Below are positions 18,232 to 28,091 of a stretch of DNA of 64,000 nt, one piece after another. The translations under genes and the position numbers were made by a program. The notes beneath the pieces are model-generated. The model searched no databases. It saw only the letters and a list, made by a program, of their open reading frames with translations, and had not been told where the DNA came from. This stretch comes from Sutterellaceae bacterium UBA7131 (GTDB taxonomy: Bacteria; Pseudomonadota; Gammaproteobacteria; Burkholderiales; Burkholderiaceae_F). The stretch is taken from assembly GCA_002492145.1 (NCBI GenBank), contig DKXH01000047.1, positions 19,007 to 83,006 on the forward strand. The letters are read 5' to 3'. The number at the start of each line of letters is the position of its first letter. Position 1 is the stretch's first letter.

Positions 18232-20991
18232 ATGCTGTTCTCTCAGATTCTTTCCCAGGTGAAAGTGCATACCGGCAGGCTGTCCCGTTGGTTAACGAAT
18301 AACTGTTCGGGAAAATGGAGCTACCGAATTAATATGTTTTGTTTCGGTTTGGCTTGGCTGATCTTTCCGATTGAGAACAGGTTCTATCAAAAAATTGTTA
18401 AAAACCGAACCTATTATTTTCCGCAGATCGACTTTCATAATCTGCGGCCGCTTGATCCCATTCGAGGCCTCATTCAGCTCAGCTTTCTGATGTTTGTTGC
18501 TGGCAGCAAAGAAGATGCCGCCAAACGTCTGTCGCATTCGACGTATGCCAGCCGCTTCTTTCTGTTCCGCTGGGTCAATCACATTTTCAAGAGGATTAAC
18601 CGCGGGACACGAATGATCGCTGAGCGAGTTTCTAAAAAACTGGCTTCGGAAGGCAAGGAGAAGACCGGACAGCATAAGCCTCAGCACCAGAAACTGTCGC
18701 TTTTTAAGAAGATCTTCGTGGGCTTTTTGCTCGCGATCGGCTTCGTGCTCTACGTGCTCTGTATCACTCAGCCCTTCAGTTTGGAAGAACAAGTCATCTT
18801 CCTGCTGATCTTAGGTGTGATCGCGCTTACACTCTTTCAGGCGCAAACCCGCTTTACGCTGCTGATGCTGATCGTGATTTCGGTCATCGTGTCGTCCCGC
18901 TACGTTTGGTGGCGTTATTCGGAAACACTGAATCCCAACAGCTACACCTCTGTGATCTTTACATGGCTGCTGATCATCGCTGAAACCTATGCCTTCATCG
19001 TGATGCTGCTCGGCTACTTCCAGGTCTGCTGGGTGCTTGACCGTAAACCCGCCTCTTTGCCGAAGGATAAGGAGCGCTGGCCGAGTGTCGATATTTTCAT
19101 TCCGACTTACAACGAACCGCTGGACGTTGTGAAACCGACGGTGTACGCAGCGCTCACCGTAGACTGGCCCAAAGAAAAACTCAATGTTTATATCTTGGAC
19201 GACGGCAGTCGTAAGGAATTTAAAGACTTTGCCTGTGAAGTCGGCGCCGGCTATATCGAGCGCGAAGAACACAAGCACGCCAAGGCCGGCAACATTAACC
19301 ACGCGATGGGCATCACTAAGGGCGACTTCATTGCCATCTTTGACTGCGACCACGTACCGGTAAAAACGTTCCTGCAAAAGACGATGGGCTGGTTCTTAAA
19401 GGACGAGAAAATCGCTCTGGTGCAGACGCCTCATCACTTTTACTCGCAGGACCCGTTTGAAAAGAACCTGCATCTCAAAGAGAATGTTCCGAATGAGAAC
19501 TCGCTCTTCCATGACTTCATTCAGAAGGGCAATGACACATGGAACGCAACGATGTTCTGCGGCTCCTGTGCCATCATGCGCCGTAAAGCATTGGAAGAAG
19601 TCGGCGGCATTGCTGTGGAAACGGTGACCGAGGACGCGCATACCTCTTTGAAGCTCAACCGCAGAGGCTGGTCTTCGGCTTTCTTAAGTACGCCCCTTTC
19701 TGCCGGTCTGAGTACGGAAACTTTGGCGGCGCATATCGGACAGCGAATCCGCTGGGCCCGAGGCATGGTGCAGATTTTCCGCTTGGATAATCCGCTTTTC
19801 GGCAAGGGCCTGACGATTCCGCAGCGCCTGTGCTTCTTAAATGCGATGATCCACTTCCTGCACGGACTGCCGCGAATCATCTTCTTAATCGCTCCGCTGC
19901 CGTTCCTCTTTGCCAATATCTACGTGATTTACGCCAGTGCGATCGCTATTTTCGTGTACCTGATCCCGCATATGGTTCACTCCACGATGACGACGTACAT
20001 GATTCACCGCGGCTATCGATTCCCGTTTATCAGCGCGCTCTATGAAACGATTTTATCCTGGTACATCTTCGTGCCGACACTCGTTGCACTTATCGCGCCT
20101 CACAAGGGTAAATTCAACGTGACGGCTAAGGGTGGCGTAATTGATAAAGAATATTTGGACTGGGCTGTCGCTCGTCCGTACTTCTATTTGCTGCTCCTAA
20201 ACCTGGCCGGCTTCTTTATCGGCCTCTACAGAATGGTCGGAGCCAGCGCCTACGAAGTTCTGATGCTTTTGATCAACCTCGGCTGGATTATCTACAACCT
20301 GATCATTCTGTTTGCCGCGATGGCCGTGACGGTCGAAAGTGTCCAGAAACGCAAATTCCCGCGTGTGTCCTTCACCGCACCGGTACACCTTCAGGTCGGA
20401 GAGATTTCGATTCCGGCCGTTATGTCCGCTTTCTCTCAGAAAGACTGCGTCGTAGACTTGAAAAACGCTTCAGACCTAAGCAAGGTTTCGCTCGAAGAGC
20501 CTGTAAAGCTGGTTTTTGGCCCTAAGAAAAAGCCTTCGACAACGTTTGACTGCACAGTGACGGCCGCTTTTGAAAACGGCGTTGTCGAGCTTTTGGTCTC
20601 TCAGCCGACGCGTACCAAAGAAATGGAATATGTCGAGTGCACGTTCGGAACGCCGGATATTTGGATCCAGAGACAAGCGAAGGTTAGAGACTATGGCATG
20701 TTTGACGGCTTCTTTGCGCTGCTGCACATGGCGCGCATGGGCGCTGAGGCATTTGCGCATTTTTCGAATCCTCAGGCCGGCTGGTTCCTGAAGGCCTCGG
20801 TTTGGACATTTAAGTGGGTCATCAGTTTTATTCCTCGAGTCCCGTCACTTAGACGCGAAAACAAGAATTCTCCTTTTGAGGAAACCCATCCGCTCTACTT
20901 GCCTAAAACAATTTGCCTAAAACAATTTCATCGGCTCATAGCGCGTAATAACAAACTAAAATCTTACGCAGTTAGAAATAATACGGATTAA
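18232..20991 (+). CDS. bcsA: Cellulose synthase catalytic subunit BcsA (GT2 plus PilZ)
   Basis: Motifs DDG, HAKAGN, DCDH, QTPHHF, TEDAHTS and QRIRWARG, with a C-terminal PilZ RKFPR. The N-terminal region parallels E. coli BcsA (AWLIFPIE, RPLDPIRGLIQ). Confidence 0.95.
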   Translation: MLFSQILSQVKVHTGRLSRWLTNNCSGKWSYRINMFCFGLAWLIFPIENRFYQKIVKNRTYYFPQIDFHNLRPLDPIRGLIQLSFLMFVAGSKEDAAKRLSHSTYASRFFLFRWVNHIFKRINRGTRMIAERVSKKLASEGKEKTGQHKPQHQKLSLFKKIFVGFLLAIGFVLYVLCITQPFSLEEQVIFLLILGVIALTLFQAQTRFTLLMLIVISVIVSSRYVWWRYSETLNPNSYTSVIFTWLLIIAETYAFIVMLLGYFQVCWVLDRKPASLPKDKERWPSVDIFIPTYNEPLDVVKPTVYAALTVDWPKEKLNVYILDDGSRKEFKDFACEVGAGYIEREEHKHAKAGNINHAMGITKGDFIAIFDCDHVPVKTFLQKTMGWFLKDEKIALVQTPHHFYSQDPFEKNLHLKENVPNENSLFHDFIQKGNDTWNATMFCGSCAIMRRKALEEVGGIAVETVTEDAHTSLKLNRRGWSSAFLSTPLSAGLSTETLAAHIGQRIRWARGMVQIFRLDNPLFGKGLTIPQRLCFLNAMIHFLHGLPRIIFLIAPLPFLFANIYVIYASAIAIFVYLIPHMVHSTMTTYMIHRGYRFPFISALYETILSWYIFVPTLVALIAPHKGKFNVTAKGGVIDKEYLDWAVARPYFYLLLLNLAGFFIGLYRMVGASAYEVLMLLINLGWIIYNLIILFAAMAVTVESVQKRKFPRVSFTAPVHLQVGEISIPAVMSAFSQKDCVVDLKNASDLSKVSLEEPVKLVFGPKKKPSTTFDCTVTAAFENGVVELLVSQPTRTKEMEYVECTFGTPDIWIQRQAKVRDYGMFDGFFALLHMARMGAEAFAHFSNPQAGWFLKASVWTFKWVISFIPRVPSLRRENKNSPFEETHPLYLPKTICLKQFHRLIARNNKLKSYAVRNNTD

Positions 20992-21019
20992 TGAGTAATT
21001 CGGAAGATCTCGGTCAGAT

Positions 21020-23284
21020 ATGTTTAAGAATAAAAGATTCTCTCTTCTTCTATCCGGTACAGTGCTCTGCGCACTGAGTGTAGCTCTTGCGAGCGTTGCG
21101 TCCGCCGCCCCTGAACCCGCCACATTTATGCGGGATGTTCAGCCGGCCTTCCGGACAGACGAAATCCCGGTGATCCGCAAAGACAGCCCCTTGTTTAATT
21201 ACTCCACGGAAGGAGCGATTGAACAGATCAAGATGACAGGCATCTACAACGAAAGATCTTTCCGTTTTTATTCTGCAAAGAACGAGCTGATTTCCAAGGC
21301 TTCGGTCACGCTCCGCTACACGCCGTCTCCGGCCCTGATTCCTCAGCAGAGCCAGCTCAATGTTTACTTAAACGGCCAGCTGCAGAAGAGTCTTCCGATT
21401 ACCAAAGATCAGCTCGGCAATCAGGTTTCCGCCACAGTCGATCTCAATGCGAAGCAGTTTGACAGCTCCAACCGCCTGACGCTGGAGTTTGTCGGTCAGT
21501 ACACGCAGATTTGCGGCTCTCCCGCAAATCCTGCTTTATGGCTGACGGTCGACTCTTCGAGCTACCTGTCTTTGAATACTCAGAAGCTGCGTTTGGCCAA
21601 TGATCTTTCGATCCTGCCGGCGCCTTTTGTCAACACCATCAGTCCGTCTGCAACGACGCTGCCGATGGTTTTTGCTTCTACACCTGATAATCGCTTCAAA
21701 GAAGCTGCCGCGGTACTTGCTTCATGGGCCGGTGTGCGCTCCGAGTGGCGCGGAATTGAATTCCCGGTCTACTACAACGAACAGCCGGCCGAGCAGAACT
21801 ATGTCGCTTTTGTCACCAACGACAGCCGTCCCGACTTCCTGAAGTTCCTGCCCAGAGTCGAAGCGCCAACGATTTCGATCGTTAATGCGCCGAACAGCTT
21901 ATACGCCAAGGTTTTGGTGATTGCCGGGCGCAACGCCGATGATCTGCTGACAGCTGCCCGTTATCTGGCGGCTGCTGACGCAGGAATTGCCGGCGGTATG
22001 GTCACGATTGAAAACTTCAAAGGCGAACCGGATCGCAAGGCTTATGACGCGCCGTCTTGGGTCAACACCGATCAAAAGATTCCGTTCGAGAAGCTTTCCA
22101 AGTATCGCGGCCAGCTCACCAGCACCGGTCTGCATCCGGCTCCGATCAAGCTCGACGTACGTCTCCCGCCGGACCTTTTCATGGTCAATCGCAGCAATGT
22201 GAATCTAGACCTACGCTATCGCTACACGCGTCCGATGGGCGGAGAACCGGCCCAGATGCGTTTCCTGCTGAATGACCAGTTGGTCGAGTCCTATGACCTG
22301 AGCCCGACAAAAACGAGCAACTCGTTTATGTCGCAGTTCTCGTTCATTAATGGCTTGGCAAATCTGTGGAACAACACATCGATTCCGAGCCGCCTGCTGT
22401 CCGCGGAAAATCAGCTGACGTTTGACTTCCAATACGGTTTGGCGGTTGACGGCGGAACTCAGGCCAACTGCAAGTCCGTGACCTTGATTCCGAACCAGGT
22501 GGAAATCGATCCGAACTCCACGATCGACTTCTCCGGTTTCTATCACTTTGCACGCCTGCCGGATCTGAAGCTCTTTACCGTGAGCGGCTATCCGTTTACG
22601 AAGTATGCCGACTTGTCTCAGACCTTGGTGCTGATGAAGAAAGATGCGCCGGCTAACGTCATGACGACGATGCTCAATACAATGGGCCGCTTCGGTGCGC
22701 AGACGGGTGCTCCCGTCACGAAAGTTACGTTCGACTCTGCCATCCAGAATGATAACGCTCAGCACCGCGACATTCTGGTCTTTGCTGAAAACAGCGCCGA
22801 TATCGATAATCTCGGCAAACTTGAGCCCGAGATTATTCTTGAAAAAGTTAAAGGCAACTTGAAGTCTAATTTCGAAGCAAAGTCTAAAGACGCTGCTCCT
22901 CAGTCCACTGTCACGGAAGACACCGGCATTGCCACGATTGCTCAGTATGAATCTCCGTACGGCAGCGGCCGCTCGGTCGTCGCAATCTTAGGTGACGGTC
23001 AGGACGGAAGCTACCTCCTGAACAAACGCCTGATGAACCCTGGAGACCTGAAGATGGTCGGTGGCGGTGTGGCGATATTCAAACCGAATGCTCAGCCTGC
23101 GAGCTACATGGTGGGCCCTGACTACTACACAGGATCCCTGCCGTGGCACCAGAGAGTTTGGTATTCGCTCTTAGACCAGCCGCTTCTTCTTGTGCTCTTC
23201 ACATTGGTGTGCGCACTGCTCTTTGCAGGTGGCATCTACTACCTGATGCATTCTTTAATCCGCTTCCGCAACCGCCGCAACTAA
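21020..23284 (+). CDS. bcsB: Cellulose synthase periplasmic subunit BcsB
   Basis: 754 aa with a signal peptide and a single C-terminal TM anchor. Sits immediately after bcsA. Confidence 0.9.
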   Translation: MFKNKRFSLLLSGTVLCALSVALASVASAAPEPATFMRDVQPAFRTDEIPVIRKDSPLFNYSTEGAIEQIKMTGIYNERSFRFYSAKNELISKASVTLRYTPSPALIPQQSQLNVYLNGQLQKSLPITKDQLGNQVSATVDLNAKQFDSSNRLTLEFVGQYTQICGSPANPALWLTVDSSSYLSLNTQKLRLANDLSILPAPFVNTISPSATTLPMVFASTPDNRFKEAAAVLASWAGVRSEWRGIEFPVYYNEQPAEQNYVAFVTNDSRPDFLKFLPRVEAPTISIVNAPNSLYAKVLVIAGRNADDLLTAARYLAAADAGIAGGMVTIENFKGEPDRKAYDAPSWVNTDQKIPFEKLSKYRGQLTSTGLHPAPIKLDVRLPPDLFMVNRSNVNLDLRYRYTRPMGGEPAQMRFLLNDQLVESYDLSPTKTSNSFMSQFSFINGLANLWNNTSIPSRLLSAENQLTFDFQYGLAVDGGTQANCKSVTLIPNQVEIDPNSTIDFSGFYHFARLPDLKLFTVSGYPFTKYADLSQTLVLMKKDAPANVMTTMLNTMGRFGAQTGAPVTKVTFDSAIQNDNAQHRDILVFAENSADIDNLGKLEPEIILEKVKGNLKSNFEAKSKDAAPQSTVTEDTGIATIAQYESPYGSGRSVVAILGDGQDGSYLLNKRLMNPGDLKMVGGGVAIFKPNAQPASYMVGPDYYTGSLPWHQRVWYSLLDQPLLLVLFTLVCALLFAGGIYYLMHSLIRFRNRRN

Positions 23285-23302
23285 GAGGAAGGAGACCACA
23301 AC

Positions 23303-24400
23303 ATGAAAAAGAACTTTCTTCTTGCCTGCCTGATCTCTGCCGTGTTCGCAGCTCCTGCGGGTGCCTGGGAACTTTGGGATCAATTTAAAGCAACGAATCT
23401 TACGCCCGAAGGCCGCGTCGTTGACTACAGCGAAGCCAAGCTGATTACGACTTCTGAAGGACAGTCCTACGGGATGTTCTTCGCTCTGGTTGCCAATGAC
23501 AAAAAGGCTTTTGACGAGATGTTTGCCTGGACGGAAAAGAATCTCGGCGAAAATCAGCCTGCTTGGCTTTGGGGTATTCCGGACGGCAAGCCCAATGGAA
23601 CAGGCAAGATCTTGGATACCAACAACGCCACCGACTCGGACATGTGGATTGCCTACTGTCTGATCGAAGCGGCCCGCATCTGGAATGATCCTTCCTACCT
23701 TCCGAAGGCTGACGGTTACCTTGCCAAGCTTAAAGAGCTCGTTCGTGACGTGCCGACCGTCGGCAAGATCATCCTTCCGGGCCGCGTCGGATTTGAAGAG
23801 AAGGGCGTGATCACCATCAACCCAAGCTACTATCCGCCGCACATCCTGCGCCGCTTTGCCGATTACGATCCGTATTGGCTCCCGGTGCTGGAAGGTTCCA
23901 TCAACGCCATGGTGCGCTGCTCTCCGAGCGGTGTGGCGCCGGACTGGGCTAAATTTGACGCTCAGGGACGCCTTGTCGATCCTCAGCAGATGGAAGGCAG
24001 CTACAACGCCATCCGAACCTACCTGTGGTCCGGCATTCTGTCGCCTAAAGATCAGAACTATGAAGTGCTGATGCGCCAGTACGAACCGATGATTAATCTC
24101 GTCAAGGCAACCAATATTCCGCCTGAAAAAGTCAACATCGGCGACATGACTGTCAACAATCGTCAGGTCAATGCTTTCGGCGCCTGCTTTCTGCCCTATG
24201 TGGCTGCAGATAAGGCCGGTGCGGTGATTCGTACGGTGCTCACCTCGACGGAAATGAAGGGCGATAATTATTACCGCAACGTGCTGACTGTTTTCGGTCT
24301 GGGCTTTGATAACCGCACCTATGCCTTCGACGAGAAGGGGCGCCTGATTCTGCCTACCGACAACGTGGCCGTTAAAACAATGACACCTAAAAACAACTAA
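23303..24400 (+). CDS. bcsZ: Periplasmic endo-1,4-glucanase BcsZ (GH8)
   Basis: Signal peptide and the GH8 signature TSEGQSYGMFFAL. Confidence 0.9.
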   Translation: MKKNFLLACLISAVFAAPAGAWELWDQFKATNLTPEGRVVDYSEAKLITTSEGQSYGMFFALVANDKKAFDEMFAWTEKNLGENQPAWLWGIPDGKPNGTGKILDTNNATDSDMWIAYCLIEAARIWNDPSYLPKADGYLAKLKELVRDVPTVGKIILPGRVGFEEKGVITINPSYYPPHILRRFADYDPYWLPVLEGSINAMVRCSPSGVAPDWAKFDAQGRLVDPQQMEGSYNAIRTYLWSGILSPKDQNYEVLMRQYEPMINLVKATNIPPEKVNIGDMTVNNRQVNAFGACFLPYVAADKAGAVIRTVLTSTEMKGDNYYRNVLTVFGLGFDNRTYAFDEKGRLILPTDNVAVKTMTPKNN

Positions 24401-24418
24401 TAAAGTTAAGTTCTGAGC

Positions 24419-26071
24419 ATGGCTGCGACTGAAAAAAACAAGCAGACGAAAGTGAAATGGACCGGCCTCGGTCTGTGGAATGTATTTTTTATCGGAGAAT
24501 TTTTACTCGGAGGGTTCGGATATCTCTCGCTGAACCTTCTGCAGAATGTTCTGCTCTTGGTTTTTGTCCTCTTCCCGATCGGCAACCGCTATCTGCGCTG
24601 GTTTCGTACTTTAGTTGCCGTGGTCTGTGCAGCCGCATTGGTTTACTCCGAAAGCTGGCTGCCGGGGTTGGACAGCATTCGAGGCAACTTCCATAACCTT
24701 GCGGCGATGGAAAGCGGCTATCTCCTCGACTCAGCTCTGAACTTTTTGAACTTTGAGATGATCGGCGCCGGAATCGCGCTCATCATCATCTATTACGCAA
24801 TCCGTGACTATATCCGCGTGACGACGTTTACTGTCGGCTATTTGTTTATTCTTCTTTGCGCACCGCTTTGGCAGCCCTTTGTGGCCCAGCTCAGAGCACC
24901 GGCGCCGGCAACTGAGGTTGTCGCTTCAGTTGACAACGCCAAGAAACCGGCAGAAGAAGAAAAGAAGAGCGACCTCATTCCTCAGACTGCTGAACCTACC
25001 TCAAAGAATCTCGATGAATGGCTGAAGCGTTTCCACGACACGGAAAAAGACCGCAGAGCCGAGTGGCCGGACAAGCTGGCGAAAGATTCAACGCCGTTCG
25101 ATATTCTTCTGCTGAATATCTGCTCACTTTCCAACGACGACTTGAAGGCCGTGGGTCTGGAAAATCACGAAGTTCTCAAGCAGTTCAATATCCGCTTCGA
25201 GAACTTTAACTCCGCGACGTCTTATTCCGGTCCGGCTGCGCTGCGTCTGCTGAAGTCGGTCTGCGGACAGCCTTCTCATGAAGATCTGTACGAAGGCCGC
25301 AATCCCGACTGCGAAATCATGAACCGTCTGGCTCGTTTGGGCTACAACCAGCACGTTTTCATGGACCACAGCGGTAAGTACGACAACTTCTATCAAAGTC
25401 TGCGTCATCTGGCCGGGCTTTCACCGCAGCTTGCGGAAATGAAGTATCCGAAGCGCTATGACTCTTTTGACGAAGAGCCGATCGGGGACGCCCGCGCCGT
25501 CTTTAAGGATTACGAAAACACCATTGCTGCGGACAAGGGCGGCAGAAGTGCAACCTTTATCAACATGATCGCGCTGCATGACGGCAACCGTTTTGCCAAC
25601 AAGCGCCGTTTAGCTCCGTTCAAACCCAGAGCTCAGGCCATGCTCGATGACTTAGGCAGCCTGATTACCGATCTGGAAAAGAGCGGACGCAAGGTCATGC
25701 TGGTTGTTGTGCCGGAGCATGGCGCAGCGGAAAAGGGCGACAAGGTTCAGGTCGCGCACTTGCGTGATATTCCGAGCCCGGCCATTACACATGTGCCTGC
25801 TTTGGTGAAATTCATCGGCGTAACGCCCGCAGACAGCCCGGTTACCGTAGATACTAAGACGAGCTATCTTGCCGTGAGCTCTCTGATCGGCCGTGTTCTA
25901 GAGACTAACTACTTCGGAAAACCGGAAGGGGAAGTTCCTCTGAAAGACCTTGTGAAAGACCTGCCGCAGACGCATTCTGTTTCTGAGAATGCCAATGCCA
26001 AGGTCGTGAACTATAAAGGCAAGGACTACGTCAAGATGGATAACAAAGATTGGCGCGAATACGCTAAGTAA
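24419..26071 (+). CDS. bcsG: Cellulose phosphoethanolamine transferase BcsG
   Basis: 550 aa with N-terminal TM helices. Blocks remembered from E. coli BcsG are present: NFNSATSYSGPAALRLL and EKSGRKVMLVVVPEHGAA..LRDIPSP. Confidence 0.85.
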   Translation: MAATEKNKQTKVKWTGLGLWNVFFIGEFLLGGFGYLSLNLLQNVLLLVFVLFPIGNRYLRWFRTLVAVVCAAALVYSESWLPGLDSIRGNFHNLAAMESGYLLDSALNFLNFEMIGAGIALIIIYYAIRDYIRVTTFTVGYLFILLCAPLWQPFVAQLRAPAPATEVVASVDNAKKPAEEEKKSDLIPQTAEPTSKNLDEWLKRFHDTEKDRRAEWPDKLAKDSTPFDILLLNICSLSNDDLKAVGLENHEVLKQFNIRFENFNSATSYSGPAALRLLKSVCGQPSHEDLYEGRNPDCEIMNRLARLGYNQHVFMDHSGKYDNFYQSLRHLAGLSPQLAEMKYPKRYDSFDEEPIGDARAVFKDYENTIAADKGGRSATFINMIALHDGNRFANKRRLAPFKPRAQAMLDDLGSLITDLEKSGRKVMLVVVPEHGAAEKGDKVQVAHLRDIPSPAITHVPALVKFIGVTPADSPVTVDTKTSYLAVSSLIGRVLETNYFGKPEGEVPLKDLVKDLPQTHSVSENANAKVVNYKGKDYVKMDNKDWREYAK

Positions 26072-26089
26072 AAATCTAAAAATCATTGC

Positions 26090-26117
26090 CGTGATCTTGG
26101 TTAAACTCGAGATCACG
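26090..26117 (+). terminator. Hairpin after bcsG (weak terminator candidate)
   Basis: CGTGATCT-N12-AGATCACG with only a weak U tract after it. Confidence 0.35.
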
Positions 26118-26199
26118 CTTTAAACTCATTTTGTCCATAAATTAAGAGAGTTAACGCGGAGGTTAACGCTCAAGACGCTGATTCGATTGGAGTTGTTCA

Positions 26200-27453
26200 G
26201 TGCAAAAATTAGTTATCACCGGCGGTGTCGCGCTTGAAGGTGAGATCAAAGCTTCCGGAGCTAAGAATGCGGCTCTTCCCCTTTTGGCTTGCGCACTTCT
26301 TACAGATGAGCCGATGACTTTTGTGAACGTGCCGGATCTGGCTGACGTTCATACCATGCTTAAGCTTTTAGAGGAACTCGGCTGCAAGGTCACGCAGGAA
26401 GGTCATAAAGTGACGATCGATGCCTCGCATATTACTTCAACCGAAGCTCCTTATGATTTAGTTAAAACGATGCGTGCTTCCATTCTGGTGCTCGGCCCGC
26501 TGCTCGCACGCTTCGGAAAGGCCCAAGTGTCGCTGCCCGGCGGATGCTCGATCGGAGCTCGTCCTGTAGATCAGCACATCAAAGGTCTCAAAGCACTCGG
26601 GGCCGATATTTCTATTGAACACGGCTACGTCACGGCGCATGCTGACAAGCTTATCGGCACCAATATCGTGACCGACATGGTGACTGTGACCGGCACGGAA
26701 AATCTGTTAATGGCCGCCGTTCTGGCCGAAGGCACAACCGTGCTCGCCAACGCTGCCCGTGAACCCGAAGTCGCTGACTTGGCGAACTGTCTGGTGAAGA
26801 TGGGTGCCAAGATCAAGGGCATCGGATCTCCTCAGATGGAAATCGAAGGCGTCAAAAAACTTCACGGAACGACTTACCGCGTGATTTCCGACCGTATCGA
26901 AGTCGGAAGCTTCCTGGTTGCCGCCGTGATGACTAAAGGCAAAGTTCGAGTGACAGACTGCGATCCCCATACGCTGACCGCAGTGATCGAGAAGCTCGAA
27001 GAAGCCGGCGCCAAAGTAACCGTCGGAGATGATTGGATCGAGGTTGACGGCACAGGGGAACATCAGGCTGTGGATATCCGCACGGCTCCGTATCCCGGAT
27101 TCCCGACCGACATGCAGGCCCAGTTCATGGCGCTCAATACGACAGCCAAGGGTGCTTCGCACGTTGCCGAAACGATTTTTGAGAACCGCTTTATGCACGT
27201 ACCCGAACTGCAACGTTTGGGGGCCGATATCACCATTGACGGCAACAATGCCGTGGTGCGCGGCGTCGATCTTCTTTCCGGAGCCCCGTTGATGGCAACC
27301 GACCTGCGCGCCAGTGCTGCGCTCGTGATTGCCGCTTTAGCAGCCGACGGCGAATCGACGGTGGATCGTATTTATCACTTGGATCGCGGCTACGAAAAAA
27401 TGGAGCAGAAACTTTCGTCCCTCGGCGCCAAGATTAAGAGAGTAAAAGCATGA
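26200..27453 (+). CDS. murA: UDP-N-acetylglucosamine 1-carboxyvinyltransferase
   Basis: 417 aa with a GTG start and a MurA N-terminus ([26 protein letters not shown]). Confidence 0.95.
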   Translation: MQKLVITGGVALEGEIKASGAKNAALPLLACALLTDEPMTFVNVPDLADVHTMLKLLEELGCKVTQEGHKVTIDASHITSTEAPYDLVKTMRASILVLGPLLARFGKAQVSLPGGCSIGARPVDQHIKGLKALGADISIEHGYVTAHADKLIGTNIVTDMVTVTGTENLLMAAVLAEGTTVLANAAREPEVADLANCLVKMGAKIKGIGSPQMEIEGVKKLHGTTYRVISDRIEVGSFLVAAVMTKGKVRVTDCDPHTLTAVIEKLEEAGAKVTVGDDWIEVDGTGEHQAVDIRTAPYPGFPTDMQAQFMALNTTAKGASHVAETIFENRFMHVPELQRLGADITIDGNNAVVRGVDLLSGAPLMATDLRASAALVIAALAADGESTVDRIYHLDRGYEKMEQKLSSLGAKIKRVKA

Positions 27454-28091
27454 TTACGTTGGCATTATCAAAGGGAAGAATCTTTACTGAGACGCTTCCG
27501 TTTTTGGCCGCAGCCGGAATTTATCCGTTAGAAGATCCGGAAACTTCCCGCAAGCTCATTATCGGAACCAATAATCCGGATCTGAGAATCGTGGTTGTCC
27601 GCGCGAGCGACGTCCCGACCTACGTCCAGTACGGCGCAGCCGACATGGGCGTTGCCGGCAAGGACTCCTTGTACGAACACGGCGGCGCCGGTCTTTATGT
27701 ACCTTTGGACCTCAATATCGCCAAATGCCGCATGTGCGTAGCCTGTCCCCGCGATTTTGACTACGCCGCCCGCGTCAAACGCGGTGCACGCTTAAGAATC
27801 GCGACCAAGTACATGAAGTACTCGAGAGACTACTATGCGCGCGTCGGTGTGCATGTTGATCTCATCAAACTCTACGGCTCGATGGAGTTAGCTCCGATTT
27901 CCGGTTTGTCGGACGCCATTGTTGACTTGGTGAGTACCGGAGCAACACTTAAAGCAAACAACTTAGTTGAGGTGGAGACGATTGACTACATCTCCTCCCG
28001 CCTCATCGTCGGCAGTACCGCAATGAAGTTGAAGCGCCAGGAACTGCTGCCCTTAATCGAAATTTTTGCAAACACGGTGAAAAAAGAATGA
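27450..28091 (+). CDS. hisG: ATP phosphoribosyltransferase, short form
   Basis: 213 aa (LALSKGRI...). 4-nt overlaps with murA and hisD. Confidence 0.93.
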   Translation: MITLALSKGRIFTETLPFLAAAGIYPLEDPETSRKLIIGTNNPDLRIVVVRASDVPTYVQYGAADMGVAGKDSLYEHGGAGLYVPLDLNIAKCRMCVACPRDFDYAARVKRGARLRIATKYMKYSRDYYARVGVHVDLIKLYGSMELAPISGLSDAIVDLVSTGATLKANNLVEVETIDYISSRLIVGSTAMKLKRQELLPLIEIFANTVKKE

